A DNA stretch of 64,000 bases, from contig JBAZWY010000012.1 in assembly GCA_041660125.1 (NCBI GenBank), positions 38,499 through 102,498 on the forward strand, given 5' to 3'. The notes beneath the pieces were generated by a model. That model was not told the DNA's origin. It saw only the letters and a program-made list of their open reading frames with translations, and searched no databases. Positions 16,958 through 27,800 of the stretch are shown here, one piece after another; position 1 is the stretch's first letter; each line of letters begins with the position of its first letter. The stretch is from Lentimicrobiaceae bacterium. Lineage in GTDB: Bacteria > Bacteroidota > Bacteroidia > Bacteroidales > UBA4417. The position numbers and the translations under genes were made by a program.

Positions 16958-18054
16958 AGTATCATATCTTTTACAGGTATAGAAAGCACAATTTCGGTTC
17001 CTTTGCCGTTTTCGCTGTTAATAAAAAAGGTTCCTCCTAACGACGCGGCCCTTTCTTTCATGCTTATCAGCCCAAATGCATTTTTCGCTTTCTTTTGTTC
17101 TTCAGTTACACCAATCCCATTATCCGAAATTATTAAACTGATAAAACCCTGCTTTTGATAAAGCAATATACAGGCAAGATTAGCCTTGGAATGCCTGGCT
17201 ATATTAGTGAGCGATTCCTGTATGATCCTGAAAATGATAAGTGAATCCCCAGGTGATAGACTAATGCCTGGATCCATATCAAGAGAAATTTCAATACCAG
17301 TCCTTTCTGAAAATTCGTTTGTATACCATTCTATCGCTGCTTCAATGCCAAGATCATCAATAATATCAGGCCGTAACTGCGAAGTAAGCCGCTGAACAGT
17401 TTTTATCGTATCTCCAACCAGGGCAGTCACTTTGTTGATTTTATTAACAACTTCATCATCTGTAACCTTATGCCTGATCATCCCAAGTTCAATTTTAACT
17501 GCTGTAAGCGACTGTCCCAGGTCATCATGCAGTTCGCGCGAAATAGCTATTCTTTCATTTTCCCGCACCTGCTCAATATATTGCGTCAACTGCTGCAACT
17601 GTGTGAGAGAGCTTTTTAATTCATCAGCATTTGCTTTTAGGAGTTCAGCATTTCGGACTATTATTTTTTTTTGTTCGAAAAAATTCAGGAACACATTAAC
17701 CTTACTAAGTAAAATTTGGCTATTAACGGGTTTAAAGATATAATCAACAGCACCTGAGTTATAACCTTTAAATTCTTCTGTTTCATTTACAGAGTTAGCA
17801 GTTAGAAAAATAACCGGAACTTTATCCTCTGAACGTTCTTCGTTCAGTTTCAACGCCAGCTCATACCCGTTCATTTCGGGCATTTTTACATCCAGAATTG
17901 CGAGTGCAAGTTCAACACCCCTGGTTTTCTCAAGTGCTTCGTAACCAGAAAGTGCCTGTATCAGGTTGATCTCTATTTTATTTGTAATGGCTTTAAGATA
18001 GGCCAGGTTGATCTGATTATCGTCAACAATAAGTATATTTGGGAGTTGTTTCAT
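16954..18054 (-). CDS. Histidine kinase with an N-terminal receiver domain (REC-HisKA_3-HATPase), no obvious sensor or TM region
   Basis: 366 aa. REC (ILIVDDN..., AILDVKMPEMNGYEL), H-box ISRELHDDLGQSLTAVK, and ATPase boxes ESLTNIARHS, ISDNGIG and GLISMKERAASLGG. It overlaps the RR start by 4 nt (ATGA). Confidence 0.85.
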   Translation of the reverse strand: MKQLPNILIVDDNQINLAYLKAITNKIEINLIQALSGYEALEKTRGVELALAILDVKMPEMNGYELALKLNEERSEDKVPVIFLTANSVNETEEFKGYNSGAVDYIFKPVNSQILLSKVNVFLNFFEQKKIIVRNAELLKANADELKSSLTQLQQLTQYIEQVRENERIAISRELHDDLGQSLTAVKIELGMIRHKVTDDEVVNKINKVTALVGDTIKTVQRLTSQLRPDIIDDLGIEAAIEWYTNEFSERTGIEISLDMDPGISLSPGDSLIIFRIIQESLTNIARHSKANLACILLYQKQGFISLIISDNGIGVTEEQKKAKNAFGLISMKERAASLGGTFFINSENGKGTEIVLSIPVKDMIL

Positions 18055-18330
18055 CCAGATTGAAAGTGTACATTTTAGTAATCAGGTTCTAAGCAAATTT
18101 ATTTATAAAAAGCTGAATTACAAATTTATTAATTGCAGGATTAACATTCCGTGTTATACAGGCCGGAGTATCCTTCAGGCTAAGTTTTGCGATGCAAAAT
18201 ACATTTCTGATTCTATTTGCCTATCAACACTAAATAATCTGAATTCCATTCAAAATATTGAGGCTGCGACAACTCCTTAATTTTTTTCGTTTATCTCCTC
18301 TTTTTCTGCCTTTGCAAAAAAACTAAATCT

Positions 18331-18459
18331 ATGAACAGAGGTCCTATATCCCAGTTTATTGAGCATCATTACAGGCATTTCAATTATAATTCAATTCGGT
18401 GGACTAAGAGTTTTCAAAATTTAGTTCACCGATTAAACTCCTGTAACAGTACTTTTTAA
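18331..18459 (+). pseudogene. Possible N-terminal stub of a deoxyhypusine-synthase-like gene
   Basis: The first 18 codons, MNRGPISQFIEHHYRHFN, resemble from memory the N-terminus of bacterial DHS-like proteins. The frame then degenerates and stops after 42 codons. Confidence 0.25.
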
Positions 18460-18483
18460 TGCGTTTTTCTACTTTACAGAAAA

Positions 18484-18524
18484 TAAAAAAACCACTGAAA
18501 CGTATTGGTTTACAGTGGTTTTCA
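18484..18524. terminator. Bidirectional terminator downstream of tRNA-Ser
   Basis: Stem AACCACTG (18490-18497) / CAGTGGTT (18513-18520), flanked by A7 and T-runs. Confidence 0.6.
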
Positions 18525-18545
18525 TTAAATATCCTATATTTTAAG

Positions 18546-18633
18546 CGGAGAAAGGGGGATTCGAACCCCCGGTACCCTAATCGAGTACGACAGTTTAGCA
18601 AACTGTTGGTTTCAGCCACTCACCCATCTCTCC
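18546..18633 (-). tRNA. tRNA-Ser (anticodon GCU), long variable arm
   Basis: The reverse complement is GGAGAGATGGGTGAGTGGCTGAAACCAACAGTTTGCTAAACTGTCGTACTCGATTAGGGTACCGGGGGTTCGAATCCCCCTTTCTCCG. Anticodon stem ACAGT/ACTGT, loop TTGCTAA. Confidence 0.95.
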
Positions 18634-18985
18634 AATGGTTAATGAAAAAACGAATATGTTCCTTCAAAAATGGAGTGCAAAAGTACACATAATAATAACA
18701 AGAGCAAATTTATTTTTTTGTTTCTTTTCAGGTAATTGAAAACAGGTGTAGCATTTGAAAATACGGGTATTAACACAATTTTTAAATTTGTATTTGATCT
18801 TATTGCATCTACTTATCTTAAACCATTATATTTGCCTGAAATTCAATAATGATATTTATTTCATTTTCTGAAAACTTATGCCATACTCATTGAAAACAGC
18901 AAAGAGGAATTTACGAATAACCAACGATAACGATTAACCAATACCAGTTTTCCCAAAACCATTAACCACCTTATACCCATTCATT

Positions 18986-19582
18986 ATGAAAAAAATCTTA
19001 TTGGCGGCCCTGGTTATTATTTCAACATCAGGAGTATTCGCACAGATATTGGCTACAGCCGACTCGCCTGAATACAGAAACGTTTTGAAGATGTCGGCTT
19101 CGCTTTTCACCAGGAACACTTTCCAGATGGGGTATGAAAGATTCTTTAACCCGAATACTAGTCTGTACCTGGCTGCCGGGCTGAATTTTCGCGATAATGA
19201 TTATGAAAGAAACTGGGGTGTTCGCTCAGAGGCGCAACTGCGATTTCATGTGTACACCATAATCTGGCCAAAAGTGAGCCACAGGTTGTATTTCGCTCCA
19301 TACCTGATGAACCATTACCTCGAAACAGAAAACATAAATTATAACATTTCCGGACAAGGGATATGGCAAACTGATACTTTCGACGCCTTCGGTGGTGGGA
19401 TGCTTTTCGGATGGTCCTACTCGTTTGCCAACCGCATTAATCTTGATATATACACAGGAGGCGGATTCAGAAAAACATTTAACTACGATAACACTAGTAA
19501 TACCAGTAATAATGGCGTTTTCGATTATAGTTACAACGGCATTGTCCCCCGCCTTGGAATTGATATTGGATTCTGGTTTTAA
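18986..19582 (+). CDS. Hypothetical small outer-membrane beta-barrel-like protein
   Basis: 198 aa. Signal peptide ending VFAQ, alternating aromatic/Gly-rich strands, and a C-terminal aromatic (..DIGFWF). Confidence 0.55.
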   Translation: MKKILLAALVIISTSGVFAQILATADSPEYRNVLKMSASLFTRNTFQMGYERFFNPNTSLYLAAGLNFRDNDYERNWGVRSEAQLRFHVYTIIWPKVSHRLYFAPYLMNHYLETENINYNISGQGIWQTDTFDAFGGGMLFGWSYSFANRINLDIYTGGGFRKTFNYDNTSNTSNNGVFDYSYNGIVPRLGIDIGFWF

Positions 19583-19755
19583 GACTTATTTTTTGTCAAA
19601 AGCTCATATTTCGTGGAGGGGTCTGGATGTTTTTTAACAATCGTAGAATTTTCTTTTTTTAGACATATTTTTTTCGAAATTTACTATTTTAAACCCAGCC
19701 AGAGTTTTGCTTTTATTGATTTTGTAACATGCAGATAAACAGGTAAATATTCACT

Positions 19756-21531
19756 ATGGGAAAAACATTTGCTGAAAAAATTCTGGGTGCCGAAGCTGGT
19801 GCAATAGTATTCCGCAGGCCCGATATTATCTTAACTCATGATAATACAGCCAGTATCGCCAATACCTTCAAAAAAATGGGTGGCGAAAAGGTTAAAGATG
19901 CCGACCAGTTGCTGATCGTTCTCGATCATAATGCACCGCCGACCAGCGCCGAATTGGCCAATGATTACCAGAAAATCCGTGATATTGTCAAAGAGCAGGG
20001 CATTACGAAATTTCATGATGTGGGAAAGGGCATTTGTCATCAGATTATGGCTGATTATGCGAAACCCAACATGATCATCGTTGGAAGCGACAGCCATACT
20101 TGTACAGCCGGTGCTTTTAACGCTTTTGCTGCCGGAATTGACCGTACTGAAACTGCCGGACTATGGCGGCAAGGCGAAACCTGGTTCAGGGTACCTGAAT
20201 CCATTAAAATTACCCTGAAAGGTAAACTACCTCAGGGAGTGTATGGTAAAGACCTTTCGATCTGGATCATCGGTATGATAGGCTCAAGCGGTGCCGACTA
20301 TATGTCGATTGAATACCATGGAGATGGCGTAAAATCCTTATCTGTTTCCGACAGGATGACAGTGGCCAATCTTGCCTCTGAAATGGGCGCCAAAAATGCG
20401 GTGTTCCCTGCCGACGAGGTGTTGGAGAAACATTTTGGCAAAAAGTATGAAGGCACCTGGGCAGACGAAGATGCTGTATATGCAAAGGAAATTGAGATCA
20501 ACCTGGATGAATTGTTCCCGGTGGTTGCAGCCCCTCACAATGTTGACAATGTGAAAGCGTTGGCTGAAGTTAAAGGGACTAAAGTTCAACAGGCTATGAT
20601 TGGAACCTGTACCAATGGCCGCATCGAAGATTTGCGCGAAGCTGCCGTTATCCTGGAAGGTAAAAAGGTTCCCGATGGTTTTCAATTGCTTATCATTCCT
20701 GCTTCTCAGCAAATCTATCTCCAGGCCATGGACGAAGGTTTGATACGGATTTTTATGGAAGCCGGCGCCAGTGTTCTTGCTCCTTCGTGTGGCCCATGCC
20801 TTGGAACCGGACAGGGGATTCCGGCTGACAATATGACCATCATTTCAACGGCTAACCGTAATTTCAAAGGAAGGATGGGGAATAAAACTTCCCTGATTTA
20901 CCTGGCTTCACCGGCAGTAGTTGCATATTCGGCATTGAAAGGCGAAATTACTGACCCTCGTGGAATGGTTACAAACGAAAAATATCCTTTCACCATTGCA
21001 CAAAGCAAAACGGTAGATATCAGTGCTGATGACGACCGTTATGCAAACGGAATATGGAATTATGCCGATGTTGACAACCTGAATACCGACCAGATGTTTG
21101 CCGGAAACCTTACCTACAATGTAAAAAGTTCGGAAGCTGAAAAAATTATGCCGCATCTTTTCAAAGGATTCGACGATAGTTTTGCCGAACGCGTTAAAGA
21201 AGGCGACATACTGGTTGCCGGGGCAAACTTCGGTTGTGGAAGTTCACGCGAGCATCCTTCGGTTGGATTAGCTTTTGCAGGTATCAAGGCCGTAATTTGT
21301 AAGAGTGTAAACCGCATTTTTTACCGTTCGTCGGTCAACCAGGGATTACCCATCATTTTACTTCCCGAAGCAGTGGATGCTTTTAAGCAAGGCGATACTG
21401 TTGATATTGATTTTGAAACCGGAAAAGTTGCGATAGCCGGGAAAATGTATGGTTTTTCTCCTCTTCCTGATAAACTGGTTGGTATTTTCAAAGCAAAAGG
21501 ACTGGTGAATTATGTGAAGGCAAGTTCGTAA
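19756..21531 (+). CDS. Aconitase-family dehydratase, fused large plus small subunit (LeuC/LeuD or homoaconitase type)
   Basis: 591 aa. The large-subunit part has GSDSHTCTAG and Fe-S Cys motifs (IGTCTNGR, PSCGPCLG). The C-terminal swivel part has GANFGCGSSREHP. Confidence 0.8.
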   Translation: MGKTFAEKILGAEAGAIVFRRPDIILTHDNTASIANTFKKMGGEKVKDADQLLIVLDHNAPPTSAELANDYQKIRDIVKEQGITKFHDVGKGICHQIMADYAKPNMIIVGSDSHTCTAGAFNAFAAGIDRTETAGLWRQGETWFRVPESIKITLKGKLPQGVYGKDLSIWIIGMIGSSGADYMSIEYHGDGVKSLSVSDRMTVANLASEMGAKNAVFPADEVLEKHFGKKYEGTWADEDAVYAKEIEINLDELFPVVAAPHNVDNVKALAEVKGTKVQQAMIGTCTNGRIEDLREAAVILEGKKVPDGFQLLIIPASQQIYLQAMDEGLIRIFMEAGASVLAPSCGPCLGTGQGIPADNMTIISTANRNFKGRMGNKTSLIYLASPAVVAYSALKGEITDPRGMVTNEKYPFTIAQSKTVDISADDDRYANGIWNYADVDNLNTDQMFAGNLTYNVKSSEAEKIMPHLFKGFDDSFAERVKEGDILVAGANFGCGSSREHPSVGLAFAGIKAVICKSVNRIFYRSSVNQGLPIILLPEAVDAFKQGDTVDIDFETGKVAIAGKMYGFSPLPDKLVGIFKAKGLVNYVKASS

Positions 21532-21645
21532 TTACAATATATTCTGTTTGTTAAAAGAAAGTTATTGCCAAACTAACAGCTTTCTTTTTTTTAATATGCA
21601 GATTAAATTATTTTATTTAATTTCACTGGCTTGTACGTTAAGCAA

Positions 21646-22977
21646 ATGAAGGTATTAAAAGTTGGGTATATTGTGCAGATGGTCATCGTGGTTGCTATTA
21701 TTCTGATAGCCGGCGGACACGAGTTACCCAAATATGCCAGCCGATTAATATTTCTTGCAGTGATGGTTATTATTGATATGCGTTACTGGTTCTCAGTGAA
21801 GAAACATTTCGCAAAACGGTATAACAGATTTTTAACAACTGCATACTGGTTGCCATTGTACATGCTGTTATCGTTTTTTATTTTGGGTTTGTTTACCCCT
21901 TATCCTCAATGGTATTCTTTTATACGGATTTATTTTGCAGGGATATTATTGATATTGCTGATTGGGAAAGGAATTTTCCTGACAATACTGATTGCAAGCG
22001 ATATTTTTATTATTCCTTTGAATGCAATAAGGCGGATAAATCCTGAAAATATAGAACGATTGGGCAGATGGTACAGGCCCCGGATTTTCTTGCTTACTCA
22101 AGCCGGATTAGCCACAATTGTAATGCTATTATTCTTTTCAGGGATGTTTTTTTGGGTTACAGATTACAAACTCTATAGGGTTGAAATACCGGTCAAAAAC
22201 CTGCCTGAAGAGTTCAACGGTTATAAAATTGTGCAGATTAGCGATTTTCATCTCGGAAGTTTTCTTACTGACCGACCGCTGAATAAAATTATTAAAATTG
22301 TGAATGAACAGAACCCGGATTTACTTTTATTTACCGGCGATATGGTCAACTTCACAACCGATGAAGCCATTCCTTTTGAAGACCAGATGAAGGAATTTAA
22401 AGCAAAAGATGGAATTTATTCGATATTGGGCAATCACGATTATGGTGAATATTCCCGTTGGGATTCGCAGGCAGCCAAGGATCTAAATGACCTTGAATTG
22501 TTTGAATTTTATGATCGTATTGGCTGGCACCTGCTTCTTAACCAGCATGCAATTATCAGTAGAGGTTCGGCATCAATTGCATTGATTGGAGTTGAAAACT
22601 GGAGCGTGACAAAACGTTTTGGTAAAAAAGGTGATCTTAAAGAAGCGTTGGCAGGAACTAGTGCAAGGCAGTTTAAAATACTTATGTCGCATGATCCATC
22701 GCATTGGGATGCTGAAGTTAGTACGATGTATCCCCAGATAGGTCTCACATTATCCGGACATACACATGCTTTTCAAATGGCAATTGAAAGCGGTTCGGTA
22801 AAATGGAGTCCGGCAGCTTTGCTTTTCAAAGAATGGGGAGGTTTATATGAGAAAATACATCCAAACGGCGTGAGGCAATACCTCTATGTTAACAGGGGAG
22901 ACGGCACACTGGGTTATCCGGGCCGAATATTCTCCCGACCTGAAATCACGCTTATTGTTTTGCGAAAAGCTCCGTAA
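21646..22977 (+). CDS. Membrane-anchored metallophosphoesterase (YkuE-like)
   Basis: N-terminal multi-TM region, then calcineurin-like motifs ISDFHLG, FTGDMVN, LGNHD and GHTH. The first ATG at 21646 is preferred over TTG at 21631. Confidence 0.8.
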   Translation: MKVLKVGYIVQMVIVVAIILIAGGHELPKYASRLIFLAVMVIIDMRYWFSVKKHFAKRYNRFLTTAYWLPLYMLLSFFILGLFTPYPQWYSFIRIYFAGILLILLIGKGIFLTILIASDIFIIPLNAIRRINPENIERLGRWYRPRIFLLTQAGLATIVMLLFFSGMFFWVTDYKLYRVEIPVKNLPEEFNGYKIVQISDFHLGSFLTDRPLNKIIKIVNEQNPDLLLFTGDMVNFTTDEAIPFEDQMKEFKAKDGIYSILGNHDYGEYSRWDSQAAKDLNDLELFEFYDRIGWHLLLNQHAIISRGSASIALIGVENWSVTKRFGKKGDLKEALAGTSARQFKILMSHDPSHWDAEVSTMYPQIGLTLSGHTHAFQMAIESGSVKWSPAALLFKEWGGLYEKIHPNGVRQYLYVNRGDGTLGYPGRIFSRPEITLIVLRKAP

Positions 22978-23041
22978 AAAGACGGAAAACTTCCATTTAT
23001 TAAACAAGGAATATAGGCCGGTCTGCTAGGCTGGAATTTTT

Positions 23042-24517
23042 TTAATCATCGAGTCTAAACCAACTATTTACAAGTTCGTCTTTCTGATTTGTTTCGTTTA
23101 TGTAAGTAAACTCGTTGGTGCGTTTGTTATACAAATAATCCTTCTTCCATTCCAGGTGATGAACTGACACCTGTTTGATAGCATCAGTTATAAAAAGTAA
23201 TTCTTCGTCGGTCATAGTAGGGTGGAGGGATAGTCTTATCCAACCAGGTTTCTGCGATAGATCGCCGTGGGTGATCAGATCGGTAATTTCTTTGGATTTC
23301 TCATGACTTACATCCAGTAAAAAATGTCCATATGTACCGGCACATGCGCATCCGCCTCGCATTTGAATGCCATAACGGTCGCTAAGTAATTTTACTACCA
23401 GGTTGAAATGCATCCCGTCAATATAAAAAGAGATGATTCCCAGGCGGTTTTTCTGATTGTCAGCCAGTATATGAACGCCGGGGATACAACATAATTCCTT
23501 AAAAGCAATCGTAAGCAGTTCTTCTTCCCGCTGCCTGATGAGTATAGTGGTCATTTTGTTTTTCAAGCGGATACTTAAGGCTGTTCTCATAGCCTGCAGG
23601 AAGCCGGGTGTACCGCCATCCTCACGTATTTCGATATCGTCAATAAACTTGTATTCGCCCCAGGGATTGGTCCAGTCAACTGTTCCACCACCGGGAGCAT
23701 CCGGAACTTTGCTGTGGTATAATGCCGAATTGAATACCAATACGCCGGAAGTACCCGGTCCGCCAAGGAATTTATGAGGAGAGAAGAAAACAGCATCCAG
23801 TTTTTCCAAAGGGTCAGCAGGATGCATATTTATGTCCGTGTAAGGTGCAGATGCCGCATAATCTGCAAAGCAAACTCCGCCGGCTTCGTGCATGATACGC
23901 GCCAATTCATGGATCGGCGTTTCAATTCCGGTTACATTTGAACAGGCTGTAAATGAGCCTATTTTCAAAGGTCTGTCTTCATATTTTTTAAGCAGGTGCT
24001 TCAGTTTTTCAGGATCTACCAACAAACCATCACCCGGTGGAATAACTTCGACATCAGCAATCGTATGATACCAGGAAGTATGGTTTGAATGATGTTCCAT
24101 ATGAGTGATAAAAACAACCGGTTTTTTACCATGATGTTTGAATTCCCCATAAATATCTTTCTCGGGGACCTTAAGATTTAGGATACGCTGAAATTTTACC
24201 AGCACACCTGTCAAGCCAAATCCTGAGGTAATAAGCACATCGCCGGGACCCGCATTTACATGCTCTTTTATAATGTGTTGTGCTTCGTGATACGCTTTGG
24301 TTATCAACTGTCCGCTTTCGCATGTTTCGGTATGGGTATTGGCAACCCAGGGGCCAATAACATTCGATATCCGGTCTTCAATAGGCTTGTAAAGCCTGCC
24401 GCTGGCTATCCAGTCGGCATATATCATTTTTTGAATTCCATAATGTGTTTTATATTCCAGATCATATCCGATAATCTCCTTACGGAATCTGCTGAAGTAT
24501 TCTGATAGATTTACCAT
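23042..24517 (-). CDS. Class V aminotransferase-fold PLP enzyme (cysteine desulfurase/lyase-like)
   Basis: About 491 aa from ATG 24517. The FFSPHKFLGGPG segment carries the PLP-Lys. Class V fold pattern throughout. Confidence 0.75.
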   Translation of the reverse strand: MVNLSEYFSRFRKEIIGYDLEYKTHYGIQKMIYADWIASGRLYKPIEDRISNVIGPWVANTHTETCESGQLITKAYHEAQHIIKEHVNAGPGDVLITSGFGLTGVLVKFQRILNLKVPEKDIYGEFKHHGKKPVVFITHMEHHSNHTSWYHTIADVEVIPPGDGLLVDPEKLKHLLKKYEDRPLKIGSFTACSNVTGIETPIHELARIMHEAGGVCFADYAASAPYTDINMHPADPLEKLDAVFFSPHKFLGGPGTSGVLVFNSALYHSKVPDAPGGGTVDWTNPWGEYKFIDDIEIREDGGTPGFLQAMRTALSIRLKNKMTTILIRQREEELLTIAFKELCCIPGVHILADNQKNRLGIISFYIDGMHFNLVVKLLSDRYGIQMRGGCACAGTYGHFLLDVSHEKSKEITDLITHGDLSQKPGWIRLSLHPTMTDEELLFITDAIKQVSVHHLEWKKDYLYNKRTNEFTYINETNQKDELVNSWFRLDD

Positions 24518-24805
24518 TTGATGTTTTTTGAATTTGGAGGCCGGCAAATATCAGAAAATTAAAACTAATTAAGGAAATTGTTTTTGATAAATTTTCACTT
24601 TTGAAAAGACGCATTCATTCTACCCTAAAAATAATGGCCTAAAAAAACTTTTAAATACGGAAATATCTGACAAACAGGTTAAATTGAATTTTTAATTCGC
24701 TGATTAAACACATATAAATACAGGAAAGGTTTTCCCCCTTATCCCTTCGCCCTCTCTCCCTTCGCCCTTTTTCCCTCTCTCTTCCAACTCAATAAACTCA
24801 ACCAT

Positions 24806-27800
24806 CTATTCATCCCCCGCTGCAATCTGAATTTTTGTGATTTCAATATCTCCTGTTTCAACAAAGAGGCTAATCCAGTTATTATCTTCGCGATACCATT
24901 TGTCCTGAACGCTGATGCGGATAAGATAATCGTTGAGGGTGGTTTTATCGAGGCTTCGGAGTACAATGCCCCCGTTTTTCTGGCTGTCCTTACCGTAATT
25001 CAGATAGACTTTTGGCGCAGCTTTACCTGTTGAGCGTGCTTTAAGCAGGATGTAATTGTTTTTCCGAAGTCGTGGCTCAATGGCTGAAAAGGTGAATTTC
25101 TTTTCGCTTCCTTCCGGAATAAGCAGTGTTTGCGAATACAAATCCTGAATGGCATGATCTTCCATGTATTTCCTGATCTTACTGATCTGCAATGAAGGAT
25201 ATGTGTCGCCGGGATTGATTTTGGACGCATTTTCATAGGCATCAATGGCTTGGTCGAAAATTTTGGTATTGTACAGTTTATCCGCTTCACCCAAGGCTTT
25301 GGTGTATTCAACTTTTCGTGCAAGAGCAATTTCCTCTGTAATTTTATCGATTTCAGTGATGCGTTGTTTGGGGTAGGTTTCGGCAGGTTTTATCCCGGCA
25401 GCTTTTGTAAACGCTGATTTAGCACCTGCATAATCTTTGCTTTCGAATGATTTATCGCCTTCTGAAATATAGGAATTATACATTTTCGCCAGTTCTTCTT
25501 TCTGAGCCACTAATGCCGAATTTATTTCAGCAATTTTCGACCTGGGATATTCTTCGCCAGGCTTGATTTCAAGTGCGTTCTGATAGGCATTTAACGCATT
25601 CATCAGATTATTAGCAGCCAGTTGTTTGTCACCGAGGGCAATAGCCTTTGAGTAGTTTTCATCAAGAGCCTGAATTTCAGATTTTAAAACAGCAATCCGT
25701 TCCTGAGGATACTTTTCAGCAGGTTTAATTCCCAGAGCCTCTTCGTATGATTTTACAGCACCGGCCAGGTTTTTAGCGGAATACAAGTCAGCAGCTTTGT
25801 TTAGTGCTTCTGCATAATTTTCGTCTTTCAGTTTTATACCGGCAAGTATTGTATCAATTTCAGTAATTTTTTCTTTGGGAAGTTTTTCGGAAGGTTTCAG
25901 TGCGCCGGCATTTGTGTATGCGATGCGGGCTTCATCGTATTTTCCGGCTTTTAACCGGGTGTTGGCATCGGTTATCAGATTTTGATAATCAGTATCCAGT
26001 TTTTCCTGTTCGGCCAGCAATTGATTGATGTGCGCAATTTGTTCCCGGGGATATTTTTCACCCGGTTTGAGGGTGCTCGCCAGTTGGTAAATTTCAAGAG
26101 CTTCGTGGTTTTTCCCGGCTTTTAAATAGGTATCGCCTTTCGAAATGGCTTCCGTGTAACTTTCATTTTCAGCCTTGATTTTATCTAAGATTGATTGTAT
26201 CTCAGCTATTTTCTGTTGCGGATACAATTCACCGGGTTTTGCGGAAAGAGCTGTTTTAAATTCTGAAAGAGCACTTTCGTACTGCTTTCCAGCCAGTTTT
26301 TTATCCCCTTCGGCTACTGCTTTTTCGAAGGTTAGCTGTAAAGCTTCCAGGTCAGCAATTTGCTTTTCGGCTTCTGCAATTTTTTCTGAAGGATATTTTT
26401 CCGAAGGTTTCAACGCCAGAGCTTTACGGTAATCGATAATGGCTTCCGCATATCTTTTAGCATCAAAAAACTGGTCAGCAGATGTAACTTTATCCAGGAA
26501 ATCCGCATCCAGTTTCTGCTGTTCGGCAAGCAGGACCTTTATCTTTTCAACCTGGGTTTTAGGATAGGTTTCCGCAGGTTTAATGCCAGATGCTTTCGTA
26601 TAAGAAGCAATAGCTTCGTTTAGTCTTTGATTTTTAAAACTATTATCACCTTCATCAATAGCCTGTTTGTAGTTTTCCTCCGCTGAATGTAATTCATCAA
26701 AAATTTTATTGATTTTTACGATTTGTTCCTGAGGATATTTTTCATTCTTTTTCAATCCGGCTGCTTCGGAATATGCCGTCTTAGCCAGATCGTAGTCCTT
26801 TCCAGCAAACAACTGATCACCTGAGTTTACCGCAGTGGTGTATTTCTCATCCGTTTTTTGCTGTGCAGCTATTGCTGCTTTTATTTCGGCAATTTTATCC
26901 TGTGGATATTTTTCTCCGGGTTTAACAGATAAGGCTTCCTGAAATGAAGCAATAGCAAGACTGTAATTAACTGACGCCAGTTCTTTTTCACCATTTGCAA
27001 TGGCTTTGGAATACTGCTCGTTATTCGATTTCTGTTCTGCAAGTATTTTATTTATTCTGTCTAATTGGGTTTGCGGGTATTTCTCTTCCGGTTTCAAGCT
27101 AAGCGCTTGTTTATAAGCATCTAACGCATCGTTGTATTTTAATTCAGAAAACAGTTTGTCGCCGCTGGCAACTGAAGAAGTGTAGTTTGCTTCCGTGTTT
27201 TTTGTAGCAGCAATCCTGCTTTGGGCTTCGTTTATTTTTTGCTGAGGATAAACTTCATTGGGTTTAAATCCAAGGGCTTGGTTATAAGCAGGGACAGCTA
27301 CTTCGAAATTACCTGCATTAAATTGCTTATCGGCTTCAGCGATGGCTTTCAGATACTTCTCATCAAGCGTTTTCTGTTGCCCTGTAAGTGTTGTTATTTC
27401 TTCGATTTTTTGTGCAGGATATTTTTCGCCTGGCAATAATGACAGGGCATTGCGATAGTAGCTTATCGCGACATCGTATTTTTTATCAACCAGCGACTGA
27501 TCCCCGTTCCTGACAGCAAGATCGAATGCTTCTTTTTTCGCTGATTGTCCAGCGATCAGTTTTTCAATTTCTGTAATCTTCGTTTTCGGATAATTTTCAG
27601 CAGGCTTAATAGCTAAAGCTGATTTAAAACCAATTAAAGCAGCCTGGTAATCGGCAGCTTGTAAAAAGTTTTCGGCACTTGCCAGGGTGGCATCGTATTT
27701 TTGCTGATCCGATTGTAACTGCGATTCGCCAGATTTCGTTTTTTCAAGCATATCGTTCGGATATCGGGCTCCGGGTTTCGCTTTCAGCGCTTCCTGGTAT

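Noticed and set aside
19627-19662. Phe-rich mini-ORF (MFFNNRRIFFF*) upstream of the aconitase-family gene, as a possible attenuation leader
   Set aside because: It is made of T-runs in AT-rich DNA. No terminator or antiterminator hairpin follows, and Phe codons make no regulatory sense for a LeuCD-like gene.
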